Made by a program: the position numbers and the translations under genes
In this document: positions 1-10,850 of the stretch, one piece after another
Position numbering within the stretch: position 1 is the stretch's first letter
Layout of the letters: every line of letters starts with the position of its first letter
Assembly (NCBI GenBank): GCA_000002445.1
Contig: CM000208.1
Location: 3,424,001 to 3,488,000, forward strand
DNA from: Trypanosoma brucei
Taxonomy: Eukaryota
DNA: 64,000 nt
Direction of reading: 5' to 3'
Notes under the pieces: model-generated
The model's input: the letters and a program-made list of their open reading frames with translations, nothing else
Databases searched by the model: none
Told to the model about the DNA's origin: nothing

Positions 1-2316
1 GGTTAGAGGAGACAAGGAGACAAGGCCATCTGCTATTGCATCCCCATTCTTTTGTTTCTCTTCCTCGGTGAAAAGATACAAGACAATCGGTCCCCGCTTC
101 CCCTCTTGGAGTGGAACAAGGACACGGGCAGGTAATGCGGTGTGGGCAGCAAAGAGTACAGTCAGTACGGAGCTCGGCAGGTGAAAACATGAGTCGTTCG
201 GTCCTTGTTGCTGCGACAGAGCAAGGCGTAATTCTTCCACGCCTGAGTGCAAAAGGAGGAAAACAGGCCGCTGCAATATCAGGAGTTCACCGGATGTGGA
301 ATCAACCGCCTCTTTAGAAGAGTCAACAGCACCACGGGTGAGGGCATGCCATACACGATTCGCCTCTTCCGCACGCCTTTGCTTCCGCCAGCTAAGCGCT
401 GGTGTCGCTCCCTTATGACCAACCCGGACATTTTTACTACCTTCTTTCTGGCCACCTAATCGCACCTCCCTCTTCTTTATGACCGCAAGGGCAATATGAT
501 AACTATGCAAACAACCACCAACACAAGCGAGCTCTTCTGCCCCAATGCTCCCAGTGCCTTCCACCGTGTGTGGAACTCTTGCACTCCCGCTACCGGCACT
601 GTCCCCATTACCCTCCACACACATAGTCGTGCATGCGCCAGCCTCCATAACGACAAGATCCCGTGAAAATTGAAGCCGATTGCTACTAGTCACAGAGGCA
701 TATTGAACAAATAGCTGACGAAGTGACTGAGCTACGAACGGTATTTGAAGCATTCCACCGCACAGCACCACCACGTTAATTAACTCCTCCTTATCCTTAT
801 CGCCCGGTGTTTCTTGTAAGTACTCCCGAAGTACCTTCTCAAACCCGTCAAGCACACCCCACTCACCACGTAAAGATGCGTTAACCCTCGTACGAGAAAA
901 TGTGACATTATCTCGCAGGTCTACGCCCTCTGCAAGCGCCTCAATCTCTACCGGAACCTGAGCTGCCTTGCTGAGTGCAAGTTTCTTTTCTTCCACAGCC
1001 ATCAGCAACCGACGCTGTGCGCGCGCCGGAAAGTCAGCGAACGACTGGTAACCCAACACTCGACGTTGAGTCTGAATAAAGTTCTTCGCAAGACAGTCGC
1101 GTAAGGCCAAATCAACTGCAACACCACCACCGCAGATATTTGACGCTAAATAGTACGTTTTGCCGCGTGTGTTATGACCAGTGGGTGCTGTTTGGCTTGC
1201 ACGAAGAAAGCGTGAACGCATTTCACTAAGCAAACAACCTCCCTCGAGACGGTGTGCTGTCAGTGAAACACCGAGGGCACCCCAATCCACTACAAGTACA
1301 CGCGCTGACGGCCACGCCGGGGCCGGTTTCGTGGATTCCACCACAGTGGGCGGAAGCAGGAAATGGTGGCCAGCCATACGATGAGATTGATGGGGTCGGC
1401 ATGGCAGCGTGTCCATTCCTAGTAGAACCGCTTCATCTGCAAATATCACTGAAATATGAGCCGCGACCGATCCCAAATGGGATCTTCCAACTGCATTCCT
1501 CACCCACTGAAGTGAACTGCAACGCCTGAAGAACGGCGTGTCTTTTCCATCACTGTCTGTGCCGCCTTCTTCTGCAGAATCGCTGTTGGCACCCTTTGGA
1601 GAATCCGTCTCAACGTCCGGTGCCGCTGCTTCAGGGAATAGGTGTCGCGGGACCACAACGGTAAGCACAACTCTCGCTTCTTGATCGTCACTTTGCGTCG
1701 ATTTCTCTTGGTCTGAGTCGGCGGCGGTAGCGACAAGGCCACACGCACCATCGATTGTGTGCCGTTTAATATGATCGAAGAACATCACCATCATTTCATC
1801 CGCCGGTAAGAGAGTTTGCTCCTTCGCTGCGCTGCCATCATCGTCATCATCACCTTCATGTGGTGGCCGAAATCCAAACCGGAGTATATCACTCCCATCT
1901 TCACGTTGGAAGGGACAATGTCCTTTGTAGTGTAATTTAGCAGCAGCCTCAACGTCCCTCTGCAACAGATTCGTAAGCGGTTGATCTAACGGAATGTCAT
2001 CACTGCCGTCGTTGTTTTCATCGTTACGAAAAACTCCTGAACCCCGACGCTGGTACTCGTTGGCAACAGCTGCAAAAGCAAAGAGGTATGGCACAACGAC
2101 CTGCGGTGCCCGTGCGTACAGAGCGCGTGCATCTTCACCAAAAAGAACCTCGTTGTTTTCCGCAAATGCCGCCATCGTGGGGGTTACACGGTGACCAGAG
2201 GAATTTGCGATAACGCGGACGGGCACTGAGCTTTCGATTCCCGTTTGTGTAGCGCTGACAGTTGCTACAGCAACAATAGTGCTCGTGGAACCCAATGAAA
2301 TGCTTACCGCGTGCAT
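1..2316 (-). CDS. Divergent Hsp70-like (actin-fold ATPase) protein, 3' end truncated by the window edge
   Basis: Minus-strand frame opens at the ATG at 2316, with an in-frame TAA 15 nt upstream, and stays open to position 1, so it is absent from the start-to-stop ORF track. N-terminus MHAVSISLGSTSTIVAV...VIANSSGHRVTPTMAAFAENNEVLFGEDARALYA parallels the Hsp70 'IDLGTTYSCVGV...[31 protein letters not shown]' phosphate-1 and connect motifs. Later VVVLCGGMLQIPFVAQSLRQLF parallels 'VLVGGSTRIPKVQ'. No recognisable canonical substrate-binding domain follows. Hand translation only, so the frame was not machine-verified. Confidence 0.45.
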   Translation of the reverse strand, partial: MHAVSISLGSTSTIVAVATVSATQTGIESSVPVRVIANSSGHRVTPTMAAFAENNEVLFGEDARALYARAPQVVVPYLFAFAAVANEYQRRGSGVFRNDENNDGSDDIPLDQPLTNLLQRDVEAAAKLHYKGHCPFQREDGSDILRFGFRPPHEGDDDDDGSAAKEQTLLPADEMMVMFFDHIKRHTIDGACGLVATAADSDQEKSTQSDDQEARVVLTVVVPRHLFPEAAAPDVETDSPKGANSDSAEEGGTDSDGKDTPFFRRCSSLQWVRNAVGRSHLGSVAAHISVIFADEAVLLGMDTLPCRPHQSHRMAGHHFLLPPTVVESTKPAPAWPSARVLVVDWGALGVSLTAHRLEGGCLLSEMRSRFLRASQTAPTGHNTRGKTYYLASNICGGGVAVDLALRDCLAKNFIQTQRRVLGYQSFADFPARAQRRLLMAVEEKKLALSKAAQVPVEIEALAEGVDLRDNVTFSRTRVNASLRGEWGVLDGFEKVLREYLQETPGDKDKEELINVVVLCGGMLQIPFVAQSLRQLFVQYASVTSSNRLQFSRDLVVMEAGACTTMCVEGNGDSAGSGSARVPHTVEGTGSIGAEELACVGGCLHSYHIALAVIKKREVRLGGQKEGSKNVRVGHKGATPALSWRKQRRAEEANRVWHALTRGAVDSSKEAVDSTSGELLILQRPVFLLLHSGVEELRLALSQQQGPNDSCFHLPSSVLTVLFAAHTALPARVLVPLQEGKRGPIVLYLFTEEEKQKNGDAIADGLVSLSPLT

Positions 2317-4077
2317 GGTAAAAGGGATTATTTAAGACGGTGACGAAAAATAATGCCTCCCTCCTTCCCTTGGTGTTTCGCTTACTGTCAAGGGTGAACT
2401 TATGAAAATCCCCAAGCGCCGCCACGTATATATACGTCTTTATCGTCCCCCTTCCTTTTCTTTGTTTTTTTGTTCAGTCCAGCTCTGCCTAGCTCCGTAA
2501 TGTTACAGTCACCACACTTATTTGTTCCCTCTTTCAAAGCAATAAATAAAAGGAAAAGGGTACGTTCACATGGGTGCTCATGTGAAAAGATATATGGCAG
2601 GGCACATGCAATGAACCTTCTTCACGCGTTTACCCTCTCGTCTTCAAAAGAATAAGGGAGAAACCCTTATTCGCGGCAGTTGTGAGTGCAATGGCGAAAA
2701 GTTACACCGAAAATGAACAGCCGATTGTGTAAATTCGGTATAATCGCTTCCGGGTCCAGTAGGGTCTTGAGACCCATAAACAATGCTGCGCAAATGAGGC
2801 AGTCCTGCAAATAATTGAAGTAAGTGCCTAATTTCAAACACGGAACTGCAACAAAAAATTAGAACTACTCACCCATTAAGGGATCGCTTGGTACCATTCC
2901 TTGAAGCATATTCCCTGATAATGCATCGCGTGAACCGCAAGCGCAACACCACTGTTCAGCGGATACTTTGCATTACCAAAAAGTGTGTGATTGCTCCATC
3001 TCTCAGTAATGTAATATACTTACGTCATCAGAGTTGGGAAGCATCTGGATAAGAAGGAGAGCAAGTTCGTTAAAACAAATACTTGAAACAACTTAACAGT
3101 GTCAACAAGGGCAAAGTTTTAAAAATATCCTCGGCCCCCGACATGCTGCTCCGCTCCCTCTTGATCCACACCTTCTTTTTTTCCTCTCAGTTACTTTACT
3201 TCACTCTAAAATTCTAAACCTTCCAAAGACAAGGAGAGAGAGGAAAAAAAAAACTTCCTTTTTCGAGTAGAGGAAATAGAAAAGCGGTAGAAGATTTGAC
3301 GAAAAGAAACAAATAAACGTGGAGTATTTCCCTGTGCATAATAACTGCTAAAATAGCATAGAAGTAGGCGTAGGGAAGGGCGGGACGCGATTGAGAATAA
3401 AATGCGAGACTGACAAAAGTAAAAGACTCAATCCTTAGTTTCCTCCTTGTGAGGTGTGGACCGAAGACTTCTGCAAAAGAGATTTCTGCACACGCACATA
3501 ACAAAAAAAAAGGTGGGAGGGAGTAGTTTGGAAGTCACTAACGGGAAGGAGAGAATGAATGTATAGTGAGCCGTTCACACCAAAAAATAGGTAAATAAAC
3601 CGAAAACCCACAAATCGGAGACCGTCAACAACTAAAAGAAAAAGAAAAGAAAAAGCACATTCGCTCCTTTTCTTTGTGTGTGTATGGAGGGTTAGGGTCT
3701 GCCGTGTTTCAATTTTAAAAAATTCACACGTAGAAAACATACCTTTATTGATGCCAACAGACACATAAAGTCCCTCCCTCCACAACTCCCACGCATCATC
3801 ACTATCATCTATGTTTGAATTCAATCGCCACGAAAGAGGTAAAAAAAAAAACAAATGCGCGCAAGGGTTTGCCATGACAAGGCAAAAAAAAAAAACAGTG
3901 GTTCCCGCCGCTGTGGCGACAACAAGAACGGTGACGACAGAGAAAATATGTGTATACTTTAGCCCCCCCCACACACACACACTTTGGAAATCCAAGTCCA
4001 CTAAGCGCACACAAAAACGAAGGGGTGCGAGTACATTTATAAAAAAAAATAATTACCATTGCCGTCAGAAGAAGGTG

Positions 4078-5745
4078 TTAATGATCTTTCTTGTGCTTTT
4101 TATGACGGCCATGTTTGTGCTCCTTATCCCTCCTCTTTCCCGACTCATCCCTTTTTGACGATGAGCGCTTCCGCTTCTTTCGGTCCGCCCCATCATCATC
4201 ATCATCATCATCGTCGTCGTCGTCATCATCATCATCATCAAACGAGTCCTCCTCGTCGCTGCTTTCATCATCTTCACCATCGCCACTGTCATCGTCATCA
4301 TCGCCATCACTGTCCTCGAGTGCCGCACCAGTTCGCACCACTTCCACCTTGCTTTGCAAGTAAGTTAGCAGCGCCTCCTTCTCCGTGATAGGAAGTGAAG
4401 CAATAGTGACCTTGTCTGCACCACCCCTTGCACGCTTTCCCAAGTTACCGTAAACTGTCATCTGGAACGTTGTACTCCCGCGTTCCGACTCATCAACTTC
4501 AATACGTTGTATATCACCGTACGAAATACGTGTGGCAGGACGGTGAAGGAACAGCAGTGCAGATTGGAGCACATACAAAAGCCCCTCATTGCTTTGATAA
4601 AGGCAGCGCAACACAGAATTGCCGTTACGTGTCTGATAATCTTTGTTGTGGCCGCCAAGCGCCTTCACCCCTGCAATGGTCTTCAACACACGAATAAGTA
4701 ATTCACTCACACGACCCGTTATGGTAGGTGGGAAGGTGTCCCCCTTTGCCGCTTGCTGCTGCGTCGCGTCCTTCGCTGCACTTTGTTTGTGAGGTAGCGA
4801 AGAGAGGACGCGGTCGATTTCCTCTTGTGTCTTCAGCTCACAAGACCACGCATGCTGCTCATCAAGAACAAAACCAACGGGACAGGTGATAACGATGTGG
4901 TTATACGTTGTTGCGCGCACTTTTACGGGATTTCGAAGTATGACCACAACGTATTGTGGGAAATCGGTATCATCTTCCGCGTCTACACTCTTGTTCGAGG
5001 TGTTTCTGCTTGTTGGGATATCGCACAGGTACAGTTGGACAACATCTGTGAGTGGCACCATTGTAACAATGCCCCCATCACCTCCCGCACGCTTCCTTTC
5101 CTCCAACAGTAACGTATAGTTAGTTACTATAAGTTTGAAACGCCCAGATGGGAAGGAGAGAGTAAGATCATCAAAGACCGCTATAACACATTCGTCCTCA
5201 CGGCGGCCACCACCCATTGCCATCAGTGCTTGATCACCGGGTCCAGCACCCATTGCTCCATTCCCTCCTAAAACTCGTCTTTGGTGCTCCCGCAACCGTT
5301 CTTGTGCCTCGGCAAGCACTTCGCGACCCGCTTCCTCCGTCCGCTCGTGACCAACACAAACGTTTGGTATAGCGAAGCGAACAGACGTCAGCTCCAGGGA
5401 AACGTTGGCACCGGGTACGGCGGTCACCGATGCCTGTGGTTGCAACAAAATGGAAAGATCATTTTTTGTTGTAGCTGTCACACTTGATATAGCGGAAACG
5501 GGTATTTGAATGATTGGTTTTTGGGCGGCGTTGGCGGGCGCACCGCTGTTCTGCTGCTGCCTCTTTGGAAGTGAGAGAAGTTTCAGAACGGGTTGGAGAA
5601 CCGTTTTCTTACCTTCATCCTCTTCTTCCTTCAGTTGTTTCACATCGCTTTGCCCTTTATGCTGATCATCTATCCAACTGAGCTGACCCCAGTTTTCCAC
5701 TGGTGGTGCGGCCAAAGCCGCTGCAACTCCTGCCAAGCTCGACAT
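4078..5745 (-). CDS. POB3: FACT complex subunit POB3/SSRP1 homolog, PH-like domains plus an acidic poly-Asp tail and a basic KR/H-rich C-terminus
   Basis: Segment RCLYQSNEGLLYVLQSALLFLHRPATRISYGDIQRIEVDESERGSTTFQMTVYG...ITEKEALLTYLQSKVEV aligns by eye with SSRP1 'ITCSYKASSGLLYPLERGFIYVHKPPVHIRFDEISFVNFAR...FDFEIETKQG.QYTFSSIEREEYGKLFDFVNAKKLNI'. A run of at least 16 consecutive Asp is followed by a lysine/arginine/histidine tail, as is typical of POB3/SSRP1. The ORF-track start at 5790 adds 15 implausible residues. MSSLAG at 5745 is taken as the start. Confidence 0.75.
   Translation of the reverse strand: MSSLAGVAAALAAPPVENWGQLSWIDDQHKGQSDVKQLKEEEDEGKKTVLQPVLKLLSLPKRQQQNSGAPANAAQKPIIQIPVSAISSVTATTKNDLSILLQPQASVTAVPGANVSLELTSVRFAIPNVCVGHERTEEAGREVLAEAQERLREHQRRVLGGNGAMGAGPGDQALMAMGGGRREDECVIAVFDDLTLSFPSGRFKLIVTNYTLLLEERKRAGGDGGIVTMVPLTDVVQLYLCDIPTSRNTSNKSVDAEDDTDFPQYVVVILRNPVKVRATTYNHIVITCPVGFVLDEQHAWSCELKTQEEIDRVLSSLPHKQSAAKDATQQQAAKGDTFPPTITGRVSELLIRVLKTIAGVKALGGHNKDYQTRNGNSVLRCLYQSNEGLLYVLQSALLFLHRPATRISYGDIQRIEVDESERGSTTFQMTVYGNLGKRARGGADKVTIASLPITEKEALLTYLQSKVEVVRTGAALEDSDGDDDDDSGDGEDDESSDEEDSFDDDDDDDDDDDDDDDDGADRKKRKRSSSKRDESGKRRDKEHKHGRHKKHKKDH
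4189..4250. repeat. Coding trinucleotide repeat (CAT/CGT on +, GAT/GAC on the sense strand) encoding the poly-Asp tract of POB3
   Basis: Direct reading: catcatcatcatcatcatcatcgtcgtcgtcgtcatcatcatcatcatca. On the gene strand this is at least 16 consecutive Asp codons. Confidence 0.9.
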
Positions 5746-6040
5746 GATAATGCACTTGCAGCTGATCACGTACACGACAAAAAACAACAAAACTGCTGTA
5801 GAAGTTCTGGTCCCGTTTCACCTCAGACTTTTCTTCCCTTCCCTTCCTACAGAAGAGGAAAAAAAAGCAAACACACGCACAAGAAACCTAACCCTACAGT
5901 AAATTTTATCTGCTTCTCCGCCTTCCTTATTGTTCCAATCTATCAATACGCAGTGAGTAAATGCCGTCACTTTTTTAACTACAAGAATTCGTCTTGAAAA
6001 CCTTTAGTTTAACCACGCCCTTCCTCACAAGCAGGTAGCA

Positions 6041-6150
6041 ACACCGAAGACAAAAACGGAGGAGGGGAAACAAAAAAATTATCAACCAGGACGATATCAT
6101 ACGAAGAAACAACTATATTAATAATAATAAGGTGGGGGAAAAAAAAGCAT
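6041..6150 (-). promoter_or_regulatory. Purine-rich (+ strand) tracts, pyrimidine-rich on the sense strand, upstream of POB3: candidate trans-splice polyY region and upstream-gene polyadenylation zone
   Basis: + strand ggaggggaaacaaaaaaatt ... ggtgggggaaaaaaaagc. A shorter tract (aaaaaacaacaaaactg, 5779..5795) lies nearer the ATG. Inference from kinetoplastid mRNA-processing rules. Confidence 0.3.
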
Positions 6151-6904
6151 CGGCAACAACCTAAAACCAACAACTTCAACAACGCTACCGTAACCAAGTC
6201 GCGGTAATGGCATACGGGAGCAAAGGACCCACATAGCCATCAGAAAGAAGAAAACCAAAAAAGAGACCCCACTTCCTGAGGAGCTCAAAAGTCGGTAGAG
6301 CAGCAAGACGATTCCGCCGAGGGAAGAAAAACGTAGGGGGGTGAAGGAGGCACAGTGTAGCAGCCACACAGCGTCCAACAACTTGAGTACAAATGAGGCG
6401 AAGCTAAAATTGAGTCCTCATTGTGGTGAACAAAAGGATACGTACTCACAAACACAATTTAAGGCGGAATCAACCGGATCATGGAACAAAAGACGCAAAA
6501 ATAAACCTTTAGTACAAGAATAAACAAACACACACGCACGGACGCATGCATACGAGACGAGAAGCACTACGATAAAGCAACAGCGAAGAACAGCAAGCTC
6601 CGGATCTCATATCGAGATAAATACTCCTCAGCATCGTCACCATCCGGATTATTTCTGGTCGCCAACAATATACACGCATGTATGTAATGCAGAGGCGCAC
6701 GACCCGTCACCTGCTACACACACACAAACGGCTTTTTTTTTACGAGAAAGGTTCAGAGATCCAGGAAATGAAAACCCTTCGTGGCGTGGCACAACGCCGC
6801 TAAATCATCCTACGTCTCGCCTTGTTCTTTTACCACTCTCACTTCTTTCCCCCACCTTGTCACCCTGGGTCTTGTGTCGCCTCAAGGTACATCACCCGGG
6901 AAAA

Positions 6905-9900
6905 TCAGTGGCTACAACGGAAAAAAGCAACAGTCGCCACAATGACAGCGGTCAGGACGAAAACGAGACGATACATTAAAGCACAGATGTTGTGCTTAAC
7001 CTCAAGCAATTCCTGCGAAGTCGTCATTGTGTTCAACAGCACCCATGAAACATCCTCCACTTCACCCAACGGTATATGCAACAACTCGCGAAACAGGTGG
7101 CGGATGACGGGATCTCTCCCCTTGATCCGCCGCAGCCACTCGTGCATGGGATGTGATAACCATTCTGTATGAAACCACAACGATGGCCAAAAGAACGAAA
7201 ACAGAGATGATCGCAACCAAAAGTGACAGCCAAAATCCTCCGACGTGCATTTCCGAAATGCGGCAGCTGACCATGGGTATGAGGAAGCAGGGACAAAGAG
7301 GTATTGGTCGTAGCGCCTACCCACATATACAAAAAGTTGCAGAAGCCGCCTCCGAATCTTTACCATATCGCGTTCCTCGGCAGACATTCCATCGTCCTGA
7401 CCGTCCGTGTTCTCGTCATTAATCACACCTTCTCGTTCCCACCATGAGTCAGTGCCGCCTCTTCCAGCGCTGGTCCACTTCTGCCTTGCATCTCTCTCAT
7501 GCCACTGATCTTTTTCAGGGTTGTGAGCACTAAAAAACAACTCTAACGCATTCTTCCAGCGCAACTGAACCTCTCGGGATATATACTCCGCATTACGGAG
7601 CCGAGCCCGACCATCGTCCGCTGCATCATCGAGTGGATGGCTTTCCCCAGTTTCTTCCTCGCGACCAAGAGCATCTCCTTTTGAACCATACTTCAAATCT
7701 TCACCGGGATTCTCCACCGACCCACTGCCCCTCTTTTGACAACCGACTGCTTTGATATTGGGAAGGAATGATGAGTGGATTCCCCGGGGAAACGACGCCA
7801 CCGCTTCCGCAGAACAAGCAAGTCCATCCTCTCCTTGAGTTTCCTTCCCTTTGCTGTTGTGTGAAGAATACACCGCCTCCCTGGGTGCCGACTCAACTGA
7901 ACGCGTGTCATGATCCTCTGTACGGTCGGTGTTTCTACGTCCGCTGGCACTATCTAGTGGTGAAGCAATAGGCTTCTCAAGAAAGCACCATTGACCGCGA
8001 AACAATGGCATATCATCCATGGCTTTCAGTGTCTCAGCCTCGAGTCGTTCATGGGTGTGATTGCTGTTTGTAATGTTTGTGTTTGTCCTGTTAAGTTGCC
8101 ACAATACGAGAGTTTGCCAATCCTCCTCGTGCCTGGACCAGTACCTAACCTCCTTGAGAATGTTTCTGAACATCAACCGCGGTGTGCTCGTGTCAACGCC
8201 GCTCAATAACTTGTTCTGCGTCGCGAGCAAAAACTCATTCAGTATTTTAGAAATACTCTTGTTTCCCGCCACAGACTGGGGCACCTCATACCCTTCGTTT
8301 TTTGACCCGTGGTTGGAAGGATCAGGCTGACCCTTCCACCCCTGCGAGTTATATCCATGACCCCACGAAGATAGTGGCTCCATCTCCAGCAATAGGGAGG
8401 CATGGCGACGAAGCGCGATAGTTTTCAAGAGACGGGGCCCTTGTTCTCCCGTTGCCTCCGATCCCACAGTGTCCCCCTGTCCCGCCGATGGTCGGGAAGA
8501 GGAAGAAGGAGATGGTGAGGCACCATTAGAGTCCAGTGAGGATGCGAAGGAAACCCCAGTACTTGCTTGCATTAAATTAAGGTATGCCTCGTACTGCGGC
8601 ATCATTACGACCCCCATGTACTGTAGTAGCACGCCGTCCAATAAGTCGGCGGATGCAACAAGGCTACGTGTGAGTCTGATGCATGTGCGACGTTCCTCCA
8701 ACTCCTCTTCATCAACATATTCAGTTACACTTTGCCCGTTGGGAAGCCGCTCCACATACCGAACGAATTTCCGTTTTTTATGATGGTGTGCTGCATTCCC
8801 GCCACCGCCCAAAATGCCAAAAAACCAGGGGGTCGCACGAGGCACATCGTAAGAATTTTGCTTCACTTTCCCGCCCCCAGTAATAATCCAATGAGCAAAG
8901 GATAAGATCTTTTGCACAAGCGATGCAGCACGGTACAAATCATGCTTCACACGAGCCAATGAAAACCTTCTCGTTTGCTGTTGTCGTTGCTGTTCAGTCT
9001 CCACTGTGCTCGTTTTCCCGTTTCCATTTTCAATGTCCTCTTCCTTTGCGCCTTCATCAACAGCAGCATTCAATTCACTTAAGGTCACACCCCCCATACC
9101 AGTTAGTGGGGATACATCGTTAGGAACCTCCCGTTGCAGGTGCCGCAACCGCAGGGCAGTAAGCTCATGTTGACGGTCAACAAAGCGGCGAGTGAGTTCC
9201 TTAACACCCTCTGCTAGATCACTCAACGTTACGTGCACCGGGGCCTCGGAAGTCTGTGACACGGTCCCTCCGTGTTTCTGCTGCTGCTGCCCTTTGCGCC
9301 ATCGTTGCAAGCTCTCCAGGTCACGAATAACCTTCTCCAATTTTCCCTCGGAAGGAGATTCCCACCGGCCTTCCATACTCGTCACTAATATGAATAGCAC
9401 CGGCACTATCACTAACAAAAAGCCAATAATCACCTGAAGACCTGAATCTGAAATATAGGCGCTATTCAACGGTAGAAGTCGGCGCAGGAAGGACACAGCC
9501 CGACATTTTTGCCTTTTCTCATGCTTAGGTTGTAGTTGCTGATTTTGTTGGCCATAACCCGGAGAATTGTGTTCCCTGTCAGGAGGTCGCGACTTTGTAA
9601 GTAGAAACAGCGGGTTACCAGTAGCGTTGGGGGCGAATAGGTTGCTCCGCCGGTCCTCTTCACCCTCACGAGCGGTATGAGCTCCTTGGCGGCTGCGAGA
9701 CACACCATGTACATAATCACCATCCTCCATGGGAGACCCTGGTGAAGCGGCCGCCGCATCACCGTTGGTTGCACGATCACATTGTACAAATGACGAAGTC
9801 CCGACTTGATGCCCATTGCGGGGGCCAGTCGCATTTGTTTTTGCATTTGACATTAGCGCACTGGTAGTATTTGCGTTTTTGTCGGCTCCTACCGGAGCCG

Positions 9901-10261
9901 AATCATCGTTGGCGTGGTCTGCGGTGCTTGCCGCGTTCCTAAATTTCTGTATTTCCCTCTCGACGACTACGATATCCTCAAAGCCGTAGAAGTACTGCTT
10001 GCCATCAATCTGCGGCTTCTGAGAGGGTTGCTGCTTATTCCGGGAGACTTTTATTTCGAGCATGGTAGTGGGCACCTCCTTGAGGTGCTTCGTCGTAACT
10101 TTGATGTGTTTTACATATTCCCAGGGGAAATCCACGTTTAATTGTTCACTATTGAATGCTAGGTTATGGAAACTAACGATGAGCCGACCATGATAACCCT
10201 GATAAGCGCACGTGAATTCCTCGCGCGATAATTGAGAGGGGCTCATAAGGATAGCCAACAA
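6905..10261 (-). CDS. Hypothetical large membrane protein with an N-terminal GRAM-like domain, one internal and one C-terminal TM helix
   Basis: A 1118-aa ORF on the polycistron strand. N-terminus EEFTCAYQGYHGRLIVSFHNLAFNSEQLNVDFPWEYVKHIKVTTK fits the GRAM consensus (F.c.Y...GRLY.S...L.F.S....iP...I..I.K). Hydrophobic helix GLQVIIGFLLVIVPVLFILVTSM sits near aa 260. A second helix LVFVLTAVIVATVAFF lies at the extreme C-terminus. The long middle is low-complexity or coiled coil. Confidence 0.55.
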   Translation of the reverse strand: MLAILMSPSQLSREEFTCAYQGYHGRLIVSFHNLAFNSEQLNVDFPWEYVKHIKVTTKHLKEVPTTMLEIKVSRNKQQPSQKPQIDGKQYFYGFEDIVVVEREIQKFRNAASTADHANDDSAPVGADKNANTTSALMSNAKTNATGPRNGHQVGTSSFVQCDRATNGDAAAASPGSPMEDGDYVHGVSRSRQGAHTAREGEEDRRSNLFAPNATGNPLFLLTKSRPPDREHNSPGYGQQNQQLQPKHEKRQKCRAVSFLRRLLPLNSAYISDSGLQVIIGFLLVIVPVLFILVTSMEGRWESPSEGKLEKVIRDLESLQRWRKGQQQQKHGGTVSQTSEAPVHVTLSDLAEGVKELTRRFVDRQHELTALRLRHLQREVPNDVSPLTGMGGVTLSELNAAVDEGAKEEDIENGNGKTSTVETEQQRQQQTRRFSLARVKHDLYRAASLVQKILSFAHWIITGGGKVKQNSYDVPRATPWFFGILGGGGNAAHHHKKRKFVRYVERLPNGQSVTEYVDEEELEERRTCIRLTRSLVASADLLDGVLLQYMGVVMMPQYEAYLNLMQASTGVSFASSLDSNGASPSPSSSSRPSAGQGDTVGSEATGEQGPRLLKTIALRRHASLLLEMEPLSSWGHGYNSQGWKGQPDPSNHGSKNEGYEVPQSVAGNKSISKILNEFLLATQNKLLSGVDTSTPRLMFRNILKEVRYWSRHEEDWQTLVLWQLNRTNTNITNSNHTHERLEAETLKAMDDMPLFRGQWCFLEKPIASPLDSASGRRNTDRTEDHDTRSVESAPREAVYSSHNSKGKETQGEDGLACSAEAVASFPRGIHSSFLPNIKAVGCQKRGSGSVENPGEDLKYGSKGDALGREEETGESHPLDDAADDGRARLRNAEYISREVQLRWKNALELFFSAHNPEKDQWHERDARQKWTSAGRGGTDSWWEREGVINDENTDGQDDGMSAEERDMVKIRRRLLQLFVYVGRRYDQYLFVPASSYPWSAAAFRKCTSEDFGCHFWLRSSLFSFFWPSLWFHTEWLSHPMHEWLRRIKGRDPVIRHLFRELLHIPLGEVEDVSWVLLNTMTTSQELLEVKHNICALMYRLVFVLTAVIVATVAFFRCSH

Positions 10262-10850
10262 ACCAACGATTTCTTAAATCACGATAGTGTATGAGAACAC
10301 AACTTATGGTCTGTTACTCCCGTTCAGCGGCCCTGACAAGTATATATGTATGCGTGTTTTTTTGTATATGCACCTCTCCGTGTGTCTTACAAATCTGGTA
10401 CCCACGCCACCCCACTACCGGAACGAGGCAGTCACAAAAGTCACTAATTAGGCGAAACATAGGAACAGAAGGTAGCCACATAAAAACTGAGTAGAGAGTG
10501 ACAGAATGTAAAAAAAAAAAATGTGTGAAACCAACGATCACTTCTTAACCCAGTAAATAGATGCATATGCATACGTACACACAGAAGGGGGGAGAGAGGT
10601 GTTGCACGTGGGCGTATACATTTTAAATTTGGTAACAAAAATTAACAGGGCATTGTATCAAAGGGCAACTTTCAAGGCTGCCTCTATGTCTCACGCACTA
10701 CCTTCGCGTTCTTCATTTTTGTGCCCAGAGCAGTAGCCATATACCCACCGACTGGCCGGCTGCTCGGTACTTTGCCTGCTCACGGCAACCAAAAGATGTG
10801 AAATGATGAAGAAACGGGAAAGTAGTATAATTTATGTATGTTTATTACAC

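Noticed and set aside
3435-4010. 191-aa minus-strand ORF between the Hsp70-like gene and POB3
   Set aside because: Low-complexity (FFFLPL, VVTVLVVATAAG, HTHTKK from a CA repeat), no motif, and AT-rich flanks. More likely the 3'UTR of POB3 and the 5'UTR of the Hsp70-like gene.
4059-4388. + strand ORFs encoding poly-His/poly-Arg (…PHHHHHHHRRRRHHHHH…) and poly-Ser (4115..4363) proteins
   Set aside because: They are the antisense and alternative-frame readings of the (GAT)n poly-Asp tract of POB3 on the minus strand. Their composition is purely repeat-driven.
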